From the human T2T-CHM13v2.0 reference genome, Homo sapiens, in the NCBI RefSeq assembly GCF_009914755.1, contig NC_060936.1: a stretch of DNA of 64,000 nucleotides; one strand, written 5' to 3'. The notes beneath the pieces are model-generated. The model did not search any database and was not told where the DNA came from. It worked only from the letters and a program-made list of their open reading frames with translations. Made by a program: the position numbers and the translations under genes. This document shows positions 16,201-35,368 of this stretch, piece after piece. The number at the start of each line of letters is the position of its first letter. Position 1 is the stretch's first letter.

Positions 16201-17369
16201 CTCATACCACAAGAAAGTAGCCCGAGGCAGGGGCTCTGAGCCTGCCAGGCCTGGCTTTCAATTCTGCCTCTTACAGGCTGTCTGAGCTTGTGCAAGTCAA
16301 TGCCCCTCTCTAAGCCTCAGTTTCCTTATCTGTAGAAGTGACAGTAATAAAAGCACCTCTTTCATAGGTTTGAGAAGGTTAAAGAGGTAATGTATGCAAA
16401 ACCATTAGCCTGGCCCAAAATAAGTGCTCAGTAAATTATGGTTGTTATAATCCAATGGCAAGAGACCGGAAAGACCCTACATTGCAAAAACACAGACCTG
16501 CAGTTATTATTATTATTGTTGTTATTTGAGATGGAGTCTCACTCTGTCACCCAGGCTGGAATGGAGTGGTGAAATCTCGGCTCTCTGCAAACTCAGCCTC
16601 CCGGGTTCAAGTGATTCTCCTGCCTCAGCCTTCTGAGTAGCTAGGATTACGGGACGCGCCACCATGCCCAGTCAATTTTTGTATTTTTGGTAGAGATGGG
16701 GTTTCACCAAGTTGGCCAGCCTGGTCTTGAACTCCTGGCCTCAAGTGATCTGCCCGCCTCAGCCTCCCAAAGTGCTGGGATTACAGGTGTCAGCTACCGT
16801 GACCAGCCTGCAGTTACTCTTTAGGAGACATCGGTAAGAAGGAGGAATATAAAAAACAAGTATCATGGACTCAGCCCCTGGTGTGTACTAGGGGCTGTGT
16901 GTATTTAACAAAATAGACAGAAAAACAGGCATTATCACTCCCATTTCGCAGGCCACAAAATACAGCCATCAAGTGCCTCACTCAAGGTCACACTTCTGGA
17001 GGTGACTAAACCACAAAAACACAGGTGTATGTGCCATGAAACTCTTCCCACTGAGCTACACAACCTTATTGCTAATATCAGACTGGGCCATGCTGTGTGG
17101 AAGGCACTCAGGCCATTCCAGAACAGTTATCTACAAAAAACAACATTCTGGGAGGCATCCTGAATTGGCAGTGACTCCATCACTGATGGAGATCACAGAC
17201 CTTGGGCAAGGGATTAACCTCTCTGTGCCTCATCTTGCTCAACTAATCATAGCGCCTAGCTCATAGGTCTGTGAGGATTAAAGAGCACATGTACATTGTG
17301 CATATATTGTATGCAATGTAGGTAAAGGCCTTTGCACAGTAAATGCTCTGTAAGTATTAGCTTTTGTGA

Positions 17370-17734
<365 letters not shown>

Positions 17735-18204
17735 TAAGAGGTTGCTGCTGATATCTCCCTGACAAAAAGTGAGGGTTCTGCAGCCTCCTCCTTCAAGCCT
17801 TAATTCCAGGGAGCAATAGCTCCAATTTATTGAACACCTACTCTATGCCAGGCACTGTGTTGTTTCCAGTCCTCAAATAATCCTAGGGATGTGGGGATTG
17901 GCACCTCCTGTTTGCAGCCAAGAAAACAGGCATACAGAGTTTAAGTGATATGCACAGGTGGGTTTCAAGCTCCCAGCAACAGAATAGGATGCCTGGGACA
18001 CCCTCCCAAGTAGCTGGACCTCCGGGTGAAGTAGAGTTGGCTGTAAACCTGCTAGGATATGTGAGGTGGGGATGGGACAGTGTTTCCATCAGGGCTTAAT
18101 TCTTTTCTGCTGAGCCTTCGGCAGCAGGAGAAGGGAGATATCCCACAGGACACCCCAGGGGAGCAGAACTGTATGCAACAGAAGGGAGCTGCTGGGCTGC
18201 CTAC

Positions 18205-18303
18205 CGAGGTCAGCAATGCCACCTGCCAGCTTGGGAGCCTCCACTCGCAATGCAGCTGTGGTGCCAGGATGCTGAGGATCATCATCTCCATGGCATCAGC
18301 CAT
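18205..18303 (-). CDS. SVOP: SVOP coding exon 4 ([21 protein letters not shown]...LLTS, 99 nt)
   Basis: CTGCAG|ATG acceptor and TCG|GTAGGC donor. Encodes the MFS TM1 region. Confidence 0.95.
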
Positions 18304-19383
18304 CTGCAGAGAGGACGGAGACATCATGAGGCCAGGATGCTGCTTGGTGCTGGGGAAGGCTGGCCAAGTCCATAACCCCAGAGACAGAGACTGTAGCACA
18401 CCCCTCTCTACACATTGCCAAGTGCCCTGCTGCACATCAAACCACACTCAAAGCTCCAGCAGTTAAAACCATTCATTACCATTGCAGGAATAGACAAATA
18501 GACATTTTATATTATTTTCGTGTGTGGTTTTTTTGTGTGTGTTTTAAAAAATATGGGCATATCACAAACAAAGTGGGAAAACATATTTCTAAAATCTGAG
18601 AAAAAACATTTTTATAGATGCAGAGAGACAATTATCTTTTTGGTGCAGTTAAAGACTAGCTTGTCTTTGGCTTATAGGTCATTTGTTCATGTAGAATAGA
18701 ATATAATTGTCAGTATAGTTAACAAGTGTGACCTTTTAATACATTAAAACAGACTCAGAATTCCTAGCAATTAAACATCGTGTACCTTTACGAGACTAGA
18801 CAGACTAGGACAGACATGGAATCTAGAAGCATGCCCATGTCTTGGGAATTTGGTATACGATAAAGGCAGCTTTTCCAATTAGGGGGGGAAATGTTGTGGG
18901 GAAATTGACGATCCATTTGGGAAAATATGTAGTTAGATCACCATCTCCTGCCATTCACAAAAATTAATTTCAAGTATATTAAAGGTTTGGCTTTACTCTT
19001 TGCCATAGCCAGGGGATTTGAATGAGGGATCATGAGAGTCTTGAAGCAGAAGGCACATTTCTAATCTGTGCATGCTTTTCTAGGGAGAGCTCTACAGCTG
19101 ACATCATAATCTCATAGTAGCCCTGAGCCCAAAGAGTTGAAAGCCACCTAATTAGCTAGAAAGTTCAACTCCTTCTTGGGGGCAACTGCCAAACACACCC
19201 AGCTCTCCTCAAGCACAGATCTCGTTATCACCACTTATTACGCCACATAAATTTTGTTGATTGAAATTCAAGCAAAGGCTCCATGTGCAAAGAACTGTGT
19301 CCTTCCTTGTAGGCCATGGAAACCCAGTTGAGCAGCATGGGGGTTTCTTGGAGGCTGAGCCACTGCCCCCCAGAAATACTTGC

Positions 19384-19469
19384 CCAAGCCAAGCCAGTGA
19401 GAACAGACAGCTTCCACTGAAATTTTCCAAAGCCAATGGCTTCCACTGCATCTTCCACCATGAAAGTAT
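19384..19469 (-). CDS. SVOP: SVOP coding exon 3 ([19 protein letters not shown]...LAW, 86 nt)
   Basis: Polypyrimidine tract plus CCCAG| acceptor. Contains the SV2/SLC22-like IGFGKFQ motif. Ends at a non-canonical TGG|GCAAGT donor, which is needed to keep frame with exon 4. Confidence 0.93.
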
Positions 19470-19955
19470 CTGGGAAGGAGAAAGGGAGAGGGAAGGAAGG
19501 AATCAGTGCACCTTGCAGTTGTCCTAGTGTGGGGTTTTCTGGGGTGGTCCCCAGCCAAGCTAATTAAACACAGCACATGCTGCTTTTAGAACTTATCCTA
19601 GAAAAATATTCCAGTGTGAAGTGATATCCTACAACTGCAGCATTACTTACAACGGGAGAAACGGAAAAACCCAGAATGTCCATCAACAGGAGTTGGCTAA
19701 ATAAATTAAGTAGATATTATACATATATAAATTATTAAATATCCACATTATGAAATATGACCCAACAGTTAACAAGAATGTGCAGATATAGAAAGATACA
19801 CAAAGTATATTGTTAATTAATGTTTAAAAACAAAACAAGATCGACAACAAGGTATTTAGCATGGTTCTATTCTTGGAAATGTACGCATGTGGGTGTATAT
19901 ATATGCACATGTATCTATCCATAGAATATATACAAGGCTTTGAATTATGGTTTAA

Positions 19956-20696
<741 letters not shown>

Positions 20697-21409
20697 TAAA
20701 AGACGGCCGGATGCTGTGGCTTATGCCTGTAATCCCAGCACTTTGGGAGGCTGAGGCAGGAGGATCACTTGAGACCTGGAGTTTGAGAGCAGCCTGGGCA
20801 GCATAGTGAGTCCCCATCTCTACTAAAAATATTTTTAAAAAGTAGCTGTGAGTTGTGGCTCACGCCTATGGTCCTAGCTACCTGGGAGGCTCAGGGAGGA
20901 GGATGACTTGAGCCAGGAAGGTTTCAAGGTTGCAGTGAGCTGTGATCATGCCACTGCACTCCAGCCTGGGTGACAGAGTAAGATTCTGTCTCAAAATAAA
21001 AAAAATCCAAAAAACAAAACTAAACTAAATTAAAACACTAAACCCAATATGTTATGCTGGATTGTATCTGGGAATAGCACAATTGCAATGACTGGTGAAA
21101 TCCGAATAAAGTCTGTAGTTGAGCTAATAGTAGCACACCAAGGTTAATTTTTTTAGTTTAGTTGTTAACATTAGGGGAGGCTGGGTAAAGGGTATGTGAG
21201 AAATGTCTATACTATATCTGCAATTTTTTTGTAAAGCTAAAATAATTCCAAAATGAATAGTTAATTAAAAAATAAAAATACAGCCAGGTGTGGTGGCTCA
21301 CGCCTGAAATCTCAACACTTTGGGAGGCCAAGGCGAGCAGATCACCTGAGGCCAGGAGTTTGACACCATCCTGGCCAACATGGTGAAACCCCGTCTCTAC
21401 TGAAAATAC

Positions 21410-21822
<413 letters not shown>

Positions 21823-22611
21823 TCATCTTTTTGGAATTTCAACCATGGGCTTTGTATGTCAATCATAATTTTCTCCAGAAGTGTGAGCTGGCATTGATCA
21901 CATTAGCAGGTTGTGGTTTCCTCCAGCAAAAAATATCATCCACAAGAAGAACAGTAGTGAGACTATTGTGGGGCATTTACTGGGTGCTCACTACCTGCAA
22001 GGCACTGTGCCGAAAGCTAGATGTGCATTATTTCATTTAATCCCCATCACAATCCTATGAGTTAAGGCCTAGTAGTAGCCCCATTTTACAGAGGAGGATA
22101 TGGACTTGCCCTGTGTTTCACAGAGTTGGGAGTAGAGCCCAGATCAGCCTGAGAATAAAGCCTCAGCTTCCCTCCATCCCCTGTCATTGCCACCTTATCT
22201 CTGCCAACAATAGGCCTTGCATTCAAGTCATTAGTCCTCTCTTAGATTTGGAATCTGAGGCTTTTCAGGAATGCATAGAATGTTTTCATCCATCAGCAAC
22301 AAGAAGTGAGGAAAGCTGGAGACCAGGTCCCACAGCACCGCCTCAGAGTCAGAACAAGGTCGTGGGTAAGAATGTGGGCTCTGAGGCCAGATTGCCTGGG
22401 CGTAAATCCAAATTGGCTAATTCCTAGCTGTATAACCCTCAGCAAGATACTTAACCCTTCTGTGCTTCAGTTTCCTCACCTGCAAAATGGGGAAGATGTT
22501 GGTAATAGATCCAATTGGAACTGTTGTGAGGATTAGATGGATAAAACATGTAAACTGGTTAGAGCAGTGCCTGGCACATAATAAATCCTCAGTCAATGTT
22601 AGCTACTCCCA

Positions 22612-24198
22612 TACCATCATCAGTGTCACCATTACTATCACACTATCATCATAACCAACATCATCACCACCATTGTCATTATACTGTCATCCCCACCATC
22701 AGCACTATCACCATCGTCTTCACTATCAGCATCACCACCACTATCATCACCATCATCACCACCACCGCCATCATCTTCATCATCATCACCACCATCATCT
22801 TCATCATCACCACCATCATCACTACCATCATCATCATCACCACCATCATCATCACTATCATCATCATCGTCACCATCATAACCACCATCTTCATCATCAT
22901 CACTATCATCATCATCACCATCGTAACCACCATCTTCATCATCATCATCACTATCATCATCATTGCCAACCTTATCATCACCATCTTCATCCTATCATTA
23001 TCATCACCATCATCATGATCTCCATCATCATCTTCATCACCATAATCATCACTATCACCATCATTATCACCACAATCATCATCATCACCACACTATCATC
23101 ACCATCATCACCACCACCACCATCATTTTCATCATCATCACCATCATCATCATCTTCACCATCATCATCATCACTATCATCACCACTGCCATCCTTATCA
23201 CCATCTTCATCACTATCATCATCATCACCATCACCATCATCATGATCACCATCATCATCATCACCATAATCATCACTATCAACATCATTATCACCACAAT
23301 CATCATCATCACCACCACTATCATCACCATCATCACCACCACCACCATCATTTTCATCATCACCGTCATCATCGTCACCATCATCTTCACCATTATCATC
23401 ATCACTATCATCACCACTGCCATCCTTATCACCATCTTCATCACTATCATCATCATCACCATCACCATCATCATGATCACCATCATTATCATCACCATCA
23501 TCATCATCACCATCATCATCACTGTCACCATCATCATCATCATCACTATCATCATCACCATCATCATCATCACTATCATCAACATCACCACCATCATCAT
23601 CACTATCATCATCATCACCATCATCATCATCACCATCATCATCACTGTCACCATCATCATCATCACTATCATCACCACCATCATCATCATCACTATCATC
23701 ATCATCATCATCATTGCCATCCTTATCATCTTTCATCACTAGCATCATCATCACCATCACCATCATGATCACCATCATCATCATCATAATCATCACTATC
23801 ACCATCATTATCATTGTCACCATCATCATTATCACCACCATCATCATATCATCATCATCACCACCATCATCACCATCACCATCATCACCATCATCATGAT
23901 CACCATCATCATGATCACCATCATCATAATCACCATAATCATCACTATCACCACCATCATCATCACCATTGTCATCACCATCATCACCATTGCCATCTTT
24001 ATCATCACAGTCTTCATCACTATGATCATCACCATCACCATAATCATCACCATTATCACCATCATCCTCACCATCATCATCATTACTATCATGATCATCA
24101 CCATCATCATTGCCACCATCATCACCACCACCATCATCATCATCATCATCACCATCATCATCTTTGTCACCATTATCATCATTGTTATTGCCATCCTC
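22612..24198. repeat. ~1.6 kb imperfect trinucleotide (CAT/CAC)n low-complexity array
   Basis: Directly visible. It generates stop-free poly-His/Ile/Ser and poly-Asp/Met/Val frames in the ORF track. Confidence 0.97.
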
Positions 24199-24415
24199 AG
24201 CCAAGTGTTGTGCATTGATGCTGACTGGCAGGGATTGTGATGTAACCTTGCCTGCTGAAGTAAGCTATGTAGGCTCAGCTCCCACTTCCAGCTCCACCCC
24301 TTGGCCCCCTGGGCCCTCCCAACTGCCCCTTCACATTACCCCTCTGAAATTGCCTGCTGGGTAGGCAACCTTGACCGTGGCCCAGGCTGATTCCCCAACT
24401 GCAGGGCCCTCTCAC

Positions 24416-24576
24416 CATCAGTGGGATTGGCAAACTCCTTGGGCACAGCTGCCCCATCATCCAGCTCCACAGCCTCTAGGCCCACGTGGACCCCTTCAAT
24501 CTGGACTTCATGCTCTCCTGAAGCCGTGTCGTCCTCTGACCTTGCACTCTCGCCTGTGCGACGGAATTTCACAACC
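24416..24576 (-). CDS. SVOP: SVOP coding exon 2 ([10 protein letters not shown]...ANPTD, 161 nt)
   Basis: Acceptor TTCTCTAG|G and donor G|GTGAGA. Lies inside ORF 24336..24752. Cumulative CDS 196 nt (phase 1). Confidence 0.95.
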
Positions 24577-24863
24577 CTAGAGAACAGAACAAATCTGGTC
24601 AAGATGGCTAAAGCTTCCCCCAAATGGCCTTGCTGCACAGCTCTAGTGACCAGGACAGGTGAAAGACTTCTTCTCATGGTTTGGAGAGTTGATGGATGGG
24701 GGTTAGCATTTCTATTGATTTGGACTGGGGTTGGGGAGAGTAATAACTTCAAGAGTTATAATATCAGGACTGCCATATACAGTTGAGCAGATTGGGCACT
24801 GCCCAATTCCAGGGTTTCCTATTCACAAAGTAGGTTATGTGATTGAGGATATCTTTGTTTTAG

Positions 24864-25187
<324 letters not shown>

Positions 25188-25734
25188 TGAAAAAGTAGAA
25201 TATCTCGCTGTCTGGAGCCCACATTCCTGCATTGGAATTGTGCTAGGTCTGGGCAGTGGTGGTCCCCGGCCCACCCCAACCCCTGTTTTAGATGGGTCAT
25301 GCACTCCACAGTTGACCACTGTCTCATTATCTCCAGCCCTAAGGGTCTTTTGCCAGTTATCCTTGCACTTGCTCTGTGTTCCTCTCACTTGGCACGTGGC
25401 CCCATTTGTCAGGCCCTGTAGACATTTGAGTTTGAGACCCCATGGGCCCCACTCTTATGCAATATGTCCTTCAAACTATGCTGTTTCTTGTTCCTCTGCA
25501 AGAAGCTTTGATTTTTCTGGGCAGTAGTTTCTTCATCTGGGACTCCGGGGCAAAATTACCTGTCTCCTTCCAACTTTCTCACTCCCAAACACAAAATTCC
25601 TGCTGTCTCCCAGCCCTAGGGTGGGTTTTGGGGTTATAGCACTGAAAAGACAGATGTGTTCTGACCTCACAGTCTCTCAAGGGGATAGTGATACCGAATG
25701 TGCAAGTCCTTTCTATCACAGCTTTGAGTCCTCA

Positions 25735-26518
<784 letters not shown>

Positions 26519-27789
26519 TTACATGGGCATGAATAGCAGAGGTAGTATATGAGCAGATGGAGTACACATTTGATCCATGTTTTTAAAAGGTAAAAAAAAG
26601 AGAAATATTTAAGTTCAAAATACTGCTATTATTATTAACGATTGCATCATTCCATGTATTTCACCAGAGTAACTGTTGTGCTGGCATAGAAAGGGTAAAT
26701 CTCTGGATTTCAGAAGCACAGGGAACATAACCTGCTTGTGAAGTTCTAGAAGAGAAAAGACAGATTAAATCACAGTAATTCTGTAAACACCTGAAACTCC
26801 ACTCCTTGGCAAGGCTGGGCTTGGAAAACCTGAGCTGTCAGGCTCGTCTTGGCAGGGAAATGCAGGGCCCAGCACAGGGTTGGCAGACAGACTGGTGGGG
26901 TTTGAAGCTTGGTGCTAACATTTCACCCCCTCTACCACAGTCACCTCTAATAGAATCAAGTTTGTGCTCTGTGCAAGTTCCAGCTGTTTTCTGTGCACTC
27001 GATCTGCATAGCACCACTCTGAAGTTCATATTATTATCACCATTTTACAGACAAGAACACTGAGGTCCTAGAAGTCACATGGCTTGCCCACAGTCCCATA
27101 ACTAAACAGGCATGGAACCGGGATTCAACCACAGGTTTATCTGGCTTAAAACACTGTATTCCTGGCCAATGAGAGGGTAACACCTCTTCAGACTCTTCCA
27201 TTGCTTCCCATTTACTCTATTTTTTAATAAAGACATTTTATTTTGAGATATTTCAAGCATATAAAATTACATACATAACAATGAGAGAAATATCTTTGTT
27301 TCTGCTGTTTAACTAAAGGATTAGACTATTAGGTTGACCCATGTGAAATCGCCAACATTTGTCCCTAGTTTACTTGAAGCCATCCTGTCTCCATCGCTCA
27401 CATCTTCATAGGCATTTCACATTTTAAAATAGGCAAAGGACTTCAAGAGACATTTCTCCAAAGAAGACATGCAAGGGGCCAATAGGCACATAATAAGTTG
27501 CTCACTATTACGGAAATGCAAATCAAAATCACAATGAGATACCAGGAGATGCAGGTTCTCACTCTGTCGCCAATGCTCTTCTTTGATCGGGGAGGGGGGG
27601 GTCTTTATAGGCATCATTATTTGATTTAATGCTCAGAGTAAACTTGAGAGGTGGAGACTATTATTATCCCCACTGGATGAGACAAACACATAGTCACTCT
27701 GAGCCTCAGTTTACCTCTTCTATACATTGGTGTGATAGTTGTGCCGTAAGTCAGGTGTCCTAGAAGAAAATGGTGAAACAGGGATTCTT

Positions 27790-29545
<1,756 letters not shown>

Positions 29546-29716
29546 GATTTCCCTTTATTTCTTCCTTCCTTCCTTCCTTCTTTTCTCTCTTTTTTTTTTT
29601 TTTTTTTGAGACCCAGTCTCGCTGTGACACCCAGGCTGGAGTGCAATGGCGTGATCTCTGGTAACTGCAGCCTCCGCTTCCCAGGTTCAAGTGATTCTCC
29701 TCCCTCAGCCTCCTGA

Positions 29717-30010
<294 letters not shown>

Positions 30011-31061
30011 TGAGTAGCTGGGACTACAGGCACGCACCACCACCACACCTAGCTTTTTGTTAGTTTGTTTCGTAGAGACAGGGGTCTCATTATGTTGGTC
30101 AGGCTGGTCTCAAACTCTTGGCCTCAAGCCATCCTCCCGCCTTGGCCTCCCGAAGTGCTGGGATTAGGATTTTTCTATTTCTGAAAACAGTGAGATGGTG
30201 ATGTTTGTGTAAGCGATTTACTGAGGAAGGAGTCTAAAGAGAAACCCACTGGGAAGCAGGAGGAAGCAGGAGGAAGCTAAGAAAGGATGTAGCTCCTGCT
30301 GAAGTCTAGCCTCAGCCTGACCCCACAGGGAGCTCTGAAGTGTGAATCGTGACACTGAGAGGGTCCCGCCCGGGGGTGTGAGGGCTGGGCTGTTACACCC
30401 TCATATGAGTCAGTCCTTGGCCACGCCACCCCCAGCAGTGGAGGGCATAATCTCCCAGACAAGGTGGCTCCCCTCCACCAGGGGCAATCCGGAGGGAGCT
30501 ACAGTTGTGAACCAACACTGGCAATAGCTGGGGGAGTGCCAGCCTGCTAAAGGAATCTGTAAAGAGCACCAACCATATCTGCTACAAAGAAGTTCCTGCA
30601 GAGTTATTATACAAATTAATTGTAAAGCACGAGACAAATGTGAGGGTTTCATCACTGAATTCCCCTTCCTCGAACTCCTTGGATAATAGCCCTCAAACCA
30701 TGCAACTAGTTATTGAGCATTTGCTATAAGCCAAGAGCTATGCGAAGCCCTTTATATTATCTCCTGCTACCTTAACAATCAACTTATGAATTAGGTACAG
30801 TTATTATACCCATTTTATACATGAGGAAATGGCTGCTCAGGTTACGGCAGTTGCCCTAGGTCACACAGCTTGAAGGAGCCGAGGCTTCAGTTTGGTGGTC
30901 TTTGGTAATAGCGCCTTCAGTCCTAATCACTGGGCGTCAGGTCAGTGCCTCTCCCAAGCATTCACATATCTCAGGAATGAATGCAAGGTCTAAACTGAGC
31001 TGGCTTGTGTGGGCAGGCTTGCCAGAGAGTGGAAAACAGCGTGTGTTCTGGAGCAGGAATC

Positions 31062-31563
31062 AAAAGGTACAGCTCCTTCCATGTCCCTACAAAGGACATG
31101 AACTCATCCTTTTTTATGGCTGCATAGTATTCCATGGTGTTTAAGGCTGCATAGTATTCCATGGTGTATATGTGCCACATTTTATTAATCCAGTCTATCA
31201 TTGATGGACATTATTCTCAGCAAACTATCACAAGGACAAAAAAGCAAACACCGCATGTTCTCACTCATAGGTGGGAATTGAACAATGAGAACACTTGGAC
31301 ACAGGAAGGGGAACATCACACACTGGGACCTGTCGTGGGATAGGGGGAGGGGGGAGGGATAGCATTAGGAGATATACCTAATGTAAATGATGAGTTAATA
31401 GGTGCAGCACACCAACATGGCACATGTATACATATGTAACAAACCTGCACACTGTGCACATGTACCCTAGAACTTAAAGTATAATAAAAAATAAAATAAA
31501 ATAAAACAAAACAAAAATAAATAAATAAATAAATAAACAAACAAAAACAAAAGGCACAGCTCC
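31062..31563 (+). mobile_element. 5'-truncated, 5'-inverted L1PA (approx. L1PA4-6) with target site duplication
   Basis: Inverted L1 segment ~31078-31212, sense 3' end ~31213-31490, and A-tail. TSD aaaaggtacagctcc (31062-31076) / aaaaggcacagctcc (31549-31563). Confidence 0.9.
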
Positions 31564-32390
31564 ATTCCAGCCTGACTGACAGCTCTTTGGACTGTCACTT
31601 GAGTCCAGGGGTTCTTGAACTGGATGCAGCCTCAGAACTCCCACGGGGCTGGTCACGACATGGATGGCTGGGCCCCGCCCCCAGAAGGCTTGATTCAGAA
31701 GGTCTGACCTGGGGCCAAACCTTTACACTTTGAGTGCATTCCCAGATGCTGCTGGCATTGCTGATCTGGGGACTGCTCTTCTCGTTCATCAGAGGCAGGC
31801 AAGCGATTCTGCTGTTCCCCTGCCCTCAACCCCATCGTGAAGCAGAAGCACTGAGGGACTGAGCCCCGAGGAGTCTCCACTCTCTTGTTGGCTGAGCTGG
31901 GCGTCTACAACTCACCGTCCTACCCTGAGAGACCTATGACACAGGACTCAGGCAAACATCCTGCCGTCTGGAGCTGGGGCATCCCTTGCAGCTGGAAGGC
32001 AGGTGTCACTTAGGAGCAAAGGCTTGGTGACAGACTGCCTTAGGCCTGGATATCTGGTTAGAAGGTGGGATCCAGGACATCTCTTAAGCAGTACTTGCCC
32101 AGCAAGAACACTGTTTTATTCAAAATAGGTATTTAAGAGGTCTGCATGGTGGCTCACGCCTCCAATCCCAGCACTTTAGGAGGCCAAGGCAGGAGGATTG
32201 CTTGAGACCAGGAGTTTGAGACCAGGCTGGGCAACACAGCAAGACCCCATCTCGGGTTTTGTTTGTTTGTTTGTTTGTTTTGAGACAGAATCTTGCTAGG
32301 TCACCAAGGCTGGAGTGCAGTATCCTGATCTTGGCTCACAGCAACCTCTGCCTCCCGAGTTCAAGCAATCCTCGTGCCTTGGCCTCCTGA

Positions 32391-32558
<168 letters not shown>

Positions 32559-33237
32559 TAGCCTGTAAGACCCCATCTCTACAAAAAAAAACAAAAAAAA
32601 AAAAAGATTAGCCAGGCATGGTAGCACATACCTGTGGCCTTGGCTACGCAAAAGGCTGAGGCAGGAGGGTCTCTTGAGCCCAGGAAGTTGAGGCTACAGT
32701 GAGCTATGATTGCACCACTGCACCTAGCCTGGACAACAGAGTGAGATCCTGACTCTAAAGAAATAAAGAAATAAACCAAAGTAGGTATTTAGTTACGGTA
32801 ACTTCTCAGGGATGCTGATAGAGATTGTGGGGGTGTTTGAAAGTCAGCGGTGTGCGTATAAACTGGCTCTCAAATACCCTCCCCCAACAATATTGATTTG
32901 TAGTATTTACCAATATCTGCGTCCTAGATACTCCCACGATGGCTTGTTTCAGCCTGTCAGTGACTAAATAACAGGCTCCCCAAATTCTTGCATATTTAAC
33001 AATCCATCTGCTCTCTAGAACTGGTACCATCGGGCTCTAGCACATCACTGTTAAAAAAAAAAAAAGTCCTCAGGGGTGCAGTGGCTCACACCTATAATCC
33101 CAGCACTTTAGGAGGCGGAGGCAAGAGGATCACTTGAGTCTAGGGGTTCAAGACCAGCCTGGGCAAAATAGGGAGACCCCATCTCTACAAAGAATTTTAA
33201 AATTAGCCAGATGCAGTGGTGCGTGCCTGTAGTCCTA

Positions 33238-33453
<216 letters not shown>

Positions 33454-35086
33454 TCACAAAAGCTCACATAGATATGAGTCCGCTTAAATGAAGTGTCCAG
33501 AATTCATGGAGACAGAAAGCAGATTAGTGGCTACCAGGGGCTAGGGGATTGCCAGGGAATGGGGAGTCACAGCTTAATGGGTGTGGGGTCTCCTTTTGGG
33601 GTGATGAAAATGCTCTGGGACTAGACAGAGATGAGGGTTGTGCAACCTTGTAAAACTGCACACTTTAATTGATGGTTAAGATGGAAAAAAATAAAAAATA
33701 AATAAAATGGTTAAAATAGAGCCAGACATGGTGGGGGGCTGGGGTGGCACATGTGTCTGTAATCCTAGCTACGTGGATGGGCTAAAGCAAGAGAACTGCT
33801 TGAGGCCAGGACTTCAAGACCAGCTTGGGTAACATAGCGAGACCCCGTCTTTTATTTTTTTGAGACGGAGTCTCACTCTGTCACCCAGGCTCACTGCAAC
33901 CTCTGCCTCCCAGGTTCAAGCAATTCTCCTGCCTCAGGCTCCCAAGTAGCTGGGATTACAGGCACGCACCACCACGCCCGGCTAACTTTTGCACTTTTAG
34001 TAGAGACAGGGTTTCACCATGTTGGCCAGGCTGGTCTCAAACTCCTGACCTCAGATGATCCACCTACCTCGGACTCCCAAAGTGCAGGTATTACAGATGT
34101 AAGCCATGGTGCCCAGCTGCAAGACCCCATTTCTAAGGGGAAAAAAAAGGTTAAAATGGTAAAGTCTATGTTATGCGTATTTTGCCTTCAAAAAAAAAAA
34201 AAAAAGAAAAGAAAATCCTTAGCTCTTAGCACTGCCACAGATGTTACTGAAATCCCTTATCCAACAAATATCGAAAGAGCACCTGCTTTGTGCCAGGCCC
34301 AAAGGTGCTGCTGGGATCACTAAGGTCATCAGACGTCAATGCCTTTCTGCAGTGCTCATAGTCTACCAGGAGGGGATAAGAATTTTAAAAAGAAAAATAA
34401 TGATTAAAAATGGACATCACTATATAGATGGTTTGCACATTGTAAGAAATGCTGCAAATAAAATAAACTGGGTGCTGTGAAAGGCTTATGGTGGGGGTGA
34501 CATTTCACGTATGGAACCCACTAAGTGAGGGGTGGTGTGAAATGGGCTACAGAAAGGAAACTACAAGTGAGTGGGACCCCCAGTCCCAAAGAAGCAACCC
34601 CAAAATCAAAAACATGAAGAGTCCCCTAAGGTATTCACAGAAGATGGACACATAGAGAAATATCCCAGGAAGGAAGGACATGAACGTTTGCGTGCATTCT
34701 CAATTCATCTTTAGGAATGAAGGCAAGGTCAATGGATCAGTACCCTTGACTCTGAGGATATCACAGAAAGAAATCGCTGTGTGGCCTGATCATCTTCCTT
34801 GAATACTCCTTTTGTCACATCTTCGCCGCAAGGACCGTCCACGGCTCCCTACTTCCTTCTGTGGACTAATAGTGACCACTGCAACCTTTTGGAAGGTAAT
34901 TTGTGATAGCTTTCACAATGTTTAAATGTCCCGTGCTGCCACCAGCTTTGTTCTGCTGGCAATTCATTACAGGGATGGAAACAAGATGGCAATAACTTAC
35001 GATACTGATCTTGGCTGATACGGGGCAAGGCACAGTGCCTCAAGCCTATAATCCCAGCACTTTGGGAGGCCGAGGTGAGCAGATCA

Positions 35087-35368
<282 letters not shown>

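Noticed and set aside
18052-18447. 131-aa ORF as an independent gene (likewise 24336..24752 and 19228..19461)
   Set aside because: These are SVOP exons plus read-through into flanking intron sequence.
22596-24364. Long poly-His, poly-Ile/Thr, poly-Asp/Gly and poly-Met ORFs (up to 405 aa)
   Set aside because: They are an automatic consequence of a CAT/CAC triplet array lacking stops in most frames. Several begin at non-ATG codons, and there is no independent coding evidence.
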